In this document: one piece after another, positions 48,141 through 54,956 of the stretch
Layout: each line of letters opens with the position of its first letter
How positions within the stretch are numbered: position 1 is the stretch's first letter
Assembly (NCBI GenBank): GCA_031414955.1
Contig: JANOQV010000014.1
Location: forward strand, 1 to 54,956
From: Pedosphaera sp.
Lineage (GTDB): Bacteria; Verrucomicrobiota; Verrucomicrobiia; Limisphaerales; SIBH01
Length of the DNA: 54,956 bases
Direction: 5' to 3'
Notes under the pieces: model-generated
Database searches by the model: none
Seen by the model: only the letters and a program-made list of their open reading frames with translations
What the model was told of the DNA's origin: nothing
Translations under genes and position numbers: made by a program

Positions 48141-50267
48141 GTGCGTGCTCTCTCCCCTCCCAGCTTGAGGATCGCGGCCTGGCTGCTCGCCGCCGTCCTG
48201 CCGGCCTGCGCCGCGCAGAAGCAGTCCCTGACGCCCAGTGATCAACCCGACGTGGTGGCGCTCACGGCCGAAGCGCGCAAATCCGTGGTCGTGGTCACGC
48301 AACGCGGACGCGACGGTCGGCAGGACGGCGTGGGAGCGGGTTTCGTGGTGGCGCGCGAGGGATTGATCGCCACTTGCCTGCATGTCATTGGCGAAGGGCG
48401 AGCGATCAGCGTCGAGTTGAGCGATGGACGGCGCTTTGAAGCCACCGAGGTGCTGGCCTCGGATCGCAAGCTCGACCTGGCCGTCGTGCGCATCGCGGCC
48501 TCGAACCTGCCCGCGCTCAAACTTGGCGACTCGGGAGCATTGCCCCAGGGCGCGCCCGTCATCGCCCTCGGCAATCCGGCGGGACTGGAACACAGCGTGG
48601 TGCAGGGCGTGGTCTCGGCCAAACGCGACTTCGACGGCGTGGAGTTAATTCAACTGGCCATCCCCATCGAGTCCGGCAACAGCGGCGGCCCGTTGCTCGA
48701 CACTCGGGGCCACGTCCAGGGCTTGTTGAGCATGAAATCCGCCGTGACGGCCAACCTCGGCTTCGCCGTGCCTGTGAATGCGCTCAAGGCGCTCCTCGAC
48801 CGTCCCAACCCGGTGCCGATGGAGCGTTGGCTCACGCTGGGGGCCTTGAATCCCAACGAATGGACGCCCCTCATGGGCGCGCGCTGGAGCCGCAAGGCCG
48901 GTCGCATCCTGGTCGAAGGACTGGGCGCAGGGTTTGGCGGGCGCTCCCTCTGTCTCTCGCGTCAGGCCGTGCCGGCGCTGGCTTACGAGGTTTCTGTGAT
49001 GGTGAAACTGGAGGACGAAGCCGGCGCGGCCGGGCTGGTCTTCGCTTCGGATGGCGGCGACCGGCATTACGGCTTTTATCCCACCGCCGGCCAGATGCGC
49101 CTGACACGCTTTGACGGGCCGGATGTTTTCTCGTGGACGATCCTCCAGGAGTTCAAGACCCCGCACTACCAAGCCGACGATTGGAACACGATCAGCGTGC
49201 GGGTGGAGACGAACCGCATCGTTGGGTTCGTGAACGGCCGGCAGGTCATGGAATCCAGCGACGACGCGTGGCGCGAGGGCCGGGTGGGGCTGGCGAAATT
49301 TCGCGACACCCAAGCGCAGTTCAAAGAGTTCCGCCTCGGCCCCAAGGTCATCGGCCCGTCCATCACCTCCGGGCGCGAGGATGAGCGGAGCCGGTTGCTC
49401 GACCAAGCGCGTAAGCTGGAGCAGCAAGCGCAAGAGTTGCGGCGCGCAGCCTCTACATCCCACGCGCGCACCACGGAGCAGGCGCTCGTGGCAGCGCTGC
49501 ACGGGCCTGAGGAGCAGATTGATCTAAGCCACGCCGCCTTGCTGGTCGCGAAGCTGGATCAGCCGGAATTGGAACTGGAATCCTACCGCGCCGAACTGGA
49601 CAGCCTTGGCTCAGAGTTGAAAACAAAGCTTGCCGGGCCAACCAGCGACACGGCCAAGGTGGCGACCTTGACTCGATTCCTCTTCACCGATCACGGCTTT
49701 CACGGCAGCCGCACGGATTATTACAACCGGGCCAACAGCTACCTCAGCGACGTACTTGACGACCGCGAAGGCTTACCCATCACCCTGGCCGTGCTGTACC
49801 TCGATCTCGCGCGCCAGATCGGGCTGACCAACGTCGCCGGGATCCCCGTGCCGACGCACTTCATGATTTCGTTCCGCCCCGCGCAGGGGGCCGAACAAAT
49901 CATCGACGTGTTCAACGGCGGCAAGGTTTTGACCCGCAGCGAAGCGGTCGAGCAAGTGGCCGAGAACGCCGAGCGCATCAGCCCGTCCGACTTCACGCCG
50001 GCCAGCAAGCGGGAGATTATCACGCGCCTGCTGCACAACTTGAGCGGTCTCGCCCAGCGCACCGGCAGCGCCGGAGATTTGCTCCGCTACCTGAACGCCC
50101 TCGTGGCCTTGAATCCCGACTCGGTGGCGGATCGCCTCCTGCGGGCGCGCACCTTCATGCAACAGGGCAACAACCCGGCGGCCAAAGCGGACTTGCGCTG
50201 GCTGCTGGATCACGCCTCGACCGAGCTCGACCTGGAGCGCCTCGGCGAATGGTATCGCTCGTTATGA
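48141..50267 (+). CDS. Exported trypsin-like serine protease fused to DUF1080-like, SirB1/Transglut_core2 and TPR regions
   Basis: TCLHV / DLAVV / GNSGGP triad; AGLVF...WNTISVRV...VNGRQV...GRVGL beta-sandwich; GFHG..DYY...NSYLSDVLDDREGLPITLAVLY (SirB1). Confidence 0.85.
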   Translation: MRALSPPSLRIAAWLLAAVLPACAAQKQSLTPSDQPDVVALTAEARKSVVVVTQRGRDGRQDGVGAGFVVAREGLIATCLHVIGEGRAISVELSDGRRFEATEVLASDRKLDLAVVRIAASNLPALKLGDSGALPQGAPVIALGNPAGLEHSVVQGVVSAKRDFDGVELIQLAIPIESGNSGGPLLDTRGHVQGLLSMKSAVTANLGFAVPVNALKALLDRPNPVPMERWLTLGALNPNEWTPLMGARWSRKAGRILVEGLGAGFGGRSLCLSRQAVPALAYEVSVMVKLEDEAGAAGLVFASDGGDRHYGFYPTAGQMRLTRFDGPDVFSWTILQEFKTPHYQADDWNTISVRVETNRIVGFVNGRQVMESSDDAWREGRVGLAKFRDTQAQFKEFRLGPKVIGPSITSGREDERSRLLDQARKLEQQAQELRRAASTSHARTTEQALVAALHGPEEQIDLSHAALLVAKLDQPELELESYRAELDSLGSELKTKLAGPTSDTAKVATLTRFLFTDHGFHGSRTDYYNRANSYLSDVLDDREGLPITLAVLYLDLARQIGLTNVAGIPVPTHFMISFRPAQGAEQIIDVFNGGKVLTRSEAVEQVAENAERISPSDFTPASKREIITRLLHNLSGLAQRTGSAGDLLRYLNALVALNPDSVADRLLRARTFMQQGNNPAAKADLRWLLDHASTELDLERLGEWYRSL

Positions 50268-50535
50268 ACCACCCACCGGTGCATCTCTTCGACCTCGCGA
50301 CGTGGAGACAGCAGAGCCGCGCCTGTTGGCCGTGAAAAACTCAGGACGGATCCTGAGCAAACCGGCCTGGCCCTGCGGGTAATGGGGAAATCCGGCCTTC
50401 GACCGGGCCGGAAGTAGATTGTTCGCGCCGGGAGAATTCAGGCGGAACGAGCCTGGCTCGGTCGGAATCTCCCGGCCGCAAAGCCTCACGCGAGAATGGG
50501 AACGGGCGAACGTCCGCCGACCGCAGCCTTCAAGT

Positions 50536-53433
50536 TCACTTCTTCTTCAACTCATCCAGGCGCTGGCGGACAAGCTCGCGTTCCTGGGCGTCGGCGGAGC
50601 CGGCATAACGCAGGTACTGTTCGTAGCGGCTCCGCGCCTCCTTCCAGTTTTTCTGCTGATAGGCAATGTCTCCCAGCCCGTAATAGACTTGGAAGCTCGT
50701 GGTAGTGAGCTTGAGCATGGCGACGTAATCCTTTTGGGCCGCCTCGAGTTTCTGACTGCGCAGATTGGCAATGGCCCGGTTGAGCAGCGCGGCGCTGTGA
50801 TCCTTTTGCAGCCGCAGCACGGTGGTGAAGGACTGGATGGCCTGCTCATAGTCGTTGATGAAGATGCAGAGATTGCCGTGGTTGAACCAAGCGGCGGCAT
50901 TTTTGGGCTGGAGGCGCAACTGACGATCCACCACCCGGAGGGCATTGGTCATGATCCCGGCCGCATCGGCCGTATTGGTGTGGCGCAACCGCTCGGCTTG
51001 GCCGACGTAAAGACGCCAGAGATTGTCGTAGGCCGCATCCACGGCGGGGAACCGACTGAGGGATTGAGTCAGGACTTGCTCGGCTTGCTGGAAATCTCCT
51101 TTCGCGAAATGAGCCAAAGATTCAACGCGAGCCACCTCCACCTGGACGGCGGGCGCGTTGGTTTGCAACTGCGGGCGGCTCCGGACGGCCTGCAGGAGGG
51201 CCAGAGCACGGTCTGGTTGCAGGGACAGAACCTCCAAGTTGGCCAGGGCCGCCTGGAAATAAACCTCGTCCGGCGAGTAGTAGAGCGAACGCCGCAGTAA
51301 CTGGCCGGCTTGGCGAAAGAGATTGCCGTTGGCGAACATGTTCGCCACCTCCAAGGCAAAGGAGGCTTCATCGATCGGTCCACAGACGCCCAGAATGTAC
51401 GTCAGCCCGGCGCGGTAGTGGCCGAGCTTTTCTTCGGTCTCCTTGCTTAATTTCACCAGACGAGTCCGGTCCTTGCGCCAGGAGGAGTTCATCTCACGGT
51501 TAATCAGCGCCGCCACATTCTCAGGGTTCAAGGCGATGGCTTGTTCAAAAACCGGCGCGGCCTCCTCGAAACGTCCGGCGCGTTGCAAATCGAATCCCCA
51601 ATGGTTCAAGGCCCGGGAATAGTAGCTGCCGACGAAGGACGGATCGCTGTCCTGTTGCTTCCGGGAATCACTGGGCAGCCGGGCCAGGTCCGACTTCAAT
51701 TCCTGAAACGGACCGGTCGCAAGCGCATTCCAGAACGCCGCCTGCTGAACCATCAACTCCCCGGTCACCACGGGCGGATCGGTCATGTCCGGCGCATAGG
51801 GTTTGAGCAGATAGACCAGCTTGGAAGGCTCGGCGTAAAAAGTCTCGAAATAGTACCCAAAACTCGGGTGGAGATAGACCAGTTCATGCGTGCGGCCCAA
51901 TTCCGCCACGAACTGAACCAAGGACAGTTGAGTCGGGTGCGTAGCCCCCGGCTTCAAGCGCAACTTGGGCAGGCGATCTCCATAACGCTGGCGGAGGAAC
52001 CGCTGGTAGGCGGGATCCGGCAACGCCCCCGTATCGATCAGGATGTGTTTGCTCGCGGCGGACGCTCCAAGCTGGGCCCGAACCGCGTGCAGGCGCAACG
52101 CGTCGTCGCTCATCAGGACGGAGGGCTTTTCCGGCAGCGATTTCATCAGCGCCTCGCTGTAATTGTGGAAGGCGCGGGAAGTCAGGGCCCGGATGTGTCC
52201 ATGATTTTGCTGATACAGCCGCCCGACGGCATAGATCGCCCCCCCGCACACCAGCACCGTCAGCGCGTGCTTGAAGACCGACGGCACCATCTCCTGACGG
52301 GAAGAGCGCCGGGCCTTGCCCCCGGCCAGCAAGAGCAGGAAGCCGCTGAAGTACCCCGCCGCCAACGCCCCAAGAAAATAGCAGGGAAGAAAGACGAACA
52401 GCACGGGGATGCTTTCGCGCGCTTGCGCCGCGACTTCCCGGGGGCTGATCGGCGGATCAAAGGCCACGTAAATACAAAAGGCCAGCAGGCCCGCGTGCAA
52501 GATGATGGCCGCCCCATTGGCAAAGGCGCTGCCCATGGGCGACTGATCTCCGAAGCTGCTCGACCATCGGATGGCAAGGATGAGCAGCGGCACCAAGGCG
52601 TAGATGGCGGGCAGCAAGCCGACGCGGCGGAAACCAATGACCATGTTTTTCTGAGCAACCAGGTTGGTCTTCAAGGCCGTCCAGAAGGAAACGGAGTTGA
52701 TGTCGGACTGGCTTTGCACGAGAGGCAGCAGCAGGTAAAGGGAAAGGCCGGCCAGGCCGAGCAGGAACATCTTCACGAGGAAATCAAAGCGGAAAAACTT
52801 CCACCCCTTCATCCAGACCAAGGCCACGAGCAGGGCCGGAAAAAATGCCACCAGCGCGTAATTATTCGTGAGGCCCAGGCCGTAAACCAAGGCCAGCTTG
52901 TACAGCCATGAATTCTGCCCCTCGACCCGGAATTCCAGGAGACAGCGCACGCAATAAGCGAAGAGCAACAAATCCAGCGCCTCGCCCGTGCCCACGATGG
53001 CGTTTTCCCAGAAGGTGCGTTGCAGGCCGCAAATGAGAACCGCAATTACGACCGGCACCCAGGCCAGTCGGAGGTTCAGGAAGGAGGTTTCGTCCGCGCT
53101 CCGATCCCGCTGCATTTGAGTCCGGTCATGCGGGAGAATCGCCACGCAGCGCGCCAGCAAACCCAGGCTTAACGCGGCGCAGAGCGCGGCGATGAAATTC
53201 AACCCCAGCAACTGAATTCCGGAAGGCAGCAAGCCCACGACCTCCGTCACCAGATAGTTCAAAGGCGCCGTGTAAACCGGTCGCCAGTCAACTCCCATGG
53301 CCCGGGCCAGGGGCCAGGCGCTGGACACCGTGATGGTCCGGGTGAGCGTGAAAAGATAAACGAGCAGCATGGCCGCGACGGCCAGCCACGGCAGATAGCA
53401 ACGGGCAAAGTTGCGCTTGGGCATTGTTTCCAT
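50536..53433 (-). CDS. DUF2723/TMEM260-like multi-pass membrane protein with C-terminal TPRs
   Basis: VYLFTL..T, TFWENAIV, GLGLTNN, LYLLLPL, many TM helices, then multiple TPR repeats. Confidence 0.78.
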   Translation of the reverse strand: METMPKRNFARCYLPWLAVAAMLLVYLFTLTRTITVSSAWPLARAMGVDWRPVYTAPLNYLVTEVVGLLPSGIQLLGLNFIAALCAALSLGLLARCVAILPHDRTQMQRDRSADETSFLNLRLAWVPVVIAVLICGLQRTFWENAIVGTGEALDLLLFAYCVRCLLEFRVEGQNSWLYKLALVYGLGLTNNYALVAFFPALLVALVWMKGWKFFRFDFLVKMFLLGLAGLSLYLLLPLVQSQSDINSVSFWTALKTNLVAQKNMVIGFRRVGLLPAIYALVPLLILAIRWSSSFGDQSPMGSAFANGAAIILHAGLLAFCIYVAFDPPISPREVAAQARESIPVLFVFLPCYFLGALAAGYFSGFLLLLAGGKARRSSRQEMVPSVFKHALTVLVCGGAIYAVGRLYQQNHGHIRALTSRAFHNYSEALMKSLPEKPSVLMSDDALRLHAVRAQLGASAASKHILIDTGALPDPAYQRFLRQRYGDRLPKLRLKPGATHPTQLSLVQFVAELGRTHELVYLHPSFGYYFETFYAEPSKLVYLLKPYAPDMTDPPVVTGELMVQQAAFWNALATGPFQELKSDLARLPSDSRKQQDSDPSFVGSYYSRALNHWGFDLQRAGRFEEAAPVFEQAIALNPENVAALINREMNSSWRKDRTRLVKLSKETEEKLGHYRAGLTYILGVCGPIDEASFALEVANMFANGNLFRQAGQLLRRSLYYSPDEVYFQAALANLEVLSLQPDRALALLQAVRSRPQLQTNAPAVQVEVARVESLAHFAKGDFQQAEQVLTQSLSRFPAVDAAYDNLWRLYVGQAERLRHTNTADAAGIMTNALRVVDRQLRLQPKNAAAWFNHGNLCIFINDYEQAIQSFTTVLRLQKDHSAALLNRAIANLRSQKLEAAQKDYVAMLKLTTTSFQVYYGLGDIAYQQKNWKEARSRYEQYLRYAGSADAQERELVRQRLDELKKK

Positions 53434-53485
53434 TGTGCTTGGGTGAGCGGAAGTTGAAGGCATGGTGATGGGGCTTGGCAAGCGA

Positions 53486-54682
53486 TTAGGCGGCGTCCAG
53501 CGACGCCGCTTGGCCCAACCCGCCGGGCGGCGGAATGGCCAGGCGGACATCCGCCACACATTCAACGTGTTGGGTCTGCGGAAACATATCCAAGGGGCGG
53601 ACGCTGCACAGTTCAAAGACACCCTCCGCGCATAAAAGGTTCAAATCTCTCGCCAGCGTGGCCGGATGACACGACACATAAATCACTTGCCGGGGCCGGA
53701 CAGCCCGCAGTTGCTCGATCGCACTCTTGGGCACGCCCGCCCGCGGCGGATCAAGAATCACGGTCGTGTCCTGCGCCGGAAATCGTTCCAGCAGCGACGG
53801 GAGCAACTGTTCCGCGTCGCCCAGCACGAAGTCCCCGTTGGGGCGGCGATGCCGCAGCGCGTTGTTCTTCGCCGCCTTGATGGCCGGCTTGTCCAATTCC
53901 ACGCCCACGAACTGCTCCACCGCATCGCCCAGGGAGATGCCGAAGAACCCAACCCCGCAGTAAACATCCACCAAATACTTCGAACCGCTCGACACCAGCG
54001 CCTCGCGCGCCGCCTCCACCAGCTTGGGCAGAAGAAAAAAATTGTTCTGGAAAAACGAATCGCGCGGCACGTCCCAATCCTCGGGCGGAATGCGCAGCAC
54101 CACCTTGAGTCCTCCTTTGGGCGGAGGATTGGCCAGCACTCCGAGGATTTCCTGGTTCAAGGCCGGTTCCGCAATCGCGCATTCCTTGACGTCCACCACC
54201 AGCCCGCAATCCCAGCGCAGGTAGCCGATGTTCAGCTTCTGGGCCGGCTTGTTCCACTGCGAACGGATCATGATGCGATTGCGGTAATGATACGGCTGCG
54301 GACAGGGCACCACCGCCTGCACCACTTCGCGCGGGAATTTCCCGATGCGCTCGAACAAGTCCGCCACCTGCTTGTGTTTCAACTCCAGTTGCGTCTCGTA
54401 GGCCAGGTGTTGGTACTGGCAGCCGCCGCACTCGCCAAACACCGCGCACGGCGGCGTCACCCGCGCCGGCGAAGGGGCGATGATTCGCACCGGCTTGGCC
54501 CGGGCGAAGTTCTTCTTCACCTCCGTGATCTCCACTTCCACCTCTTCGCCGAGTGCGGTGAAAGGCACGAACACGACCAACTCGCCATGCTTGCCCACAC
54601 CGTCGCCGCCGAAGGCCACGTCATGAATGCGCACCGTAACCCGCTGGCCGGCGGCCAGGACCGTTGTTGTTTCTTCCGACAT
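53486..54682 (-). CDS. rlmD: TRAM-domain RNA m5U methyltransferase, RlmD/TrmA family
   Basis: VAFGGDGVG (TRAM), C..FGECGGC, SFFQNN, DVYCGVG, LDPPRAG, YVSCHPATLARD, DMFPQTQHVE. Confidence 0.85.
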   Translation of the reverse strand: MSEETTTVLAAGQRVTVRIHDVAFGGDGVGKHGELVVFVPFTALGEEVEVEITEVKKNFARAKPVRIIAPSPARVTPPCAVFGECGGCQYQHLAYETQLELKHKQVADLFERIGKFPREVVQAVVPCPQPYHYRNRIMIRSQWNKPAQKLNIGYLRWDCGLVVDVKECAIAEPALNQEILGVLANPPPKGGLKVVLRIPPEDWDVPRDSFFQNNFFLLPKLVEAAREALVSSGSKYLVDVYCGVGFFGISLGDAVEQFVGVELDKPAIKAAKNNALRHRRPNGDFVLGDAEQLLPSLLERFPAQDTTVILDPPRAGVPKSAIEQLRAVRPRQVIYVSCHPATLARDLNLLCAEGVFELCSVRPLDMFPQTQHVECVADVRLAIPPPGGLGQAASLDAA

Positions 54683-54764
54683 CAGGCGCGCAGTGGTATC
54701 CGCTGCCGGGGAAATGTCAAACTTCGCGCCGTCCGCGGGTGCGATTGAAAGTGGCGGGCAACGA

Positions 54765-54956
54765 CAGCGCCGGAGGCGCGGCCAGAGCGTAGCCCACGGC
54801 ATGAGCCGTGGGTTAAGTTGGGCCTGGCGCTCCAGCCCCAGCGGGGCGAAAGAACCTGCCCGAGAAATTCTTTCGCCCCGCTGGGGCTGAGGGCGGGCGG
54901 GTCTTTGCCCCACGGCTCATGCCGTGGGCTACGCTCTGGCCGCGCCTCCGGCGCTG
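54765..54956. repeat. ~190-bp nested palindromic element (REPIN/MITE-like), copy 2
   Basis: Perfect 48-bp outer arms and perfect 22-bp inner arms; ends at the last base of the window. Confidence 0.92.

Noticed and set aside
54683..54913. N-terminal extension of the RlmD-like ORF
   Set aside because: It runs through the palindromic repeat; the TRAM domain begins right after ATG 54682.

Overview
High-GC bacterial window that behaves like a whole contig: it begins inside an IS4-like transposase and ends exactly at the tip of a ~190-bp palindromic repeat. Gene content (long GreA, nusA without rimP, a giant lamin-tail/CotH/Ig surface protein, PQQ-like propeller, sulfatase) points to Verrucomicrobiota, probably a Pedosphaera/Limisphaera-like lineage (inference). 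Core genes: guaA, nusA-infB-rbfA-nrnA, tRNA-Ile2(CAT), alkA/xth, pcrA, greA, rsmB, lepB and an rlmD-like methyltransferase. Most unusual signals: (1) a dispersed ~55-bp element with a fixed 3x7+4+4x7 heptamer (TTGGNNN) architecture, plus in-frame heptamer runs inside pcrA and rsmB; (2) a coupled three-gene REC-DUF4388-roadblock / roadblock / MinD-like-tail operon with no GTPase nearby; (3) a Panacea antitoxin plus MazF/PemK-like toxin pair at the guaA 3' end; (4) a 3269-aa secreted CotH-kinase/7x lamin-tail protein whose C-terminal domain recurs at the N-terminus of a small secreted protein; (5) three REP/REPIN-like palindrome families; (6) a promoter plus attenuator leader in front of nusA. 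All family assignments are from motif recognition by eye, not database searches.
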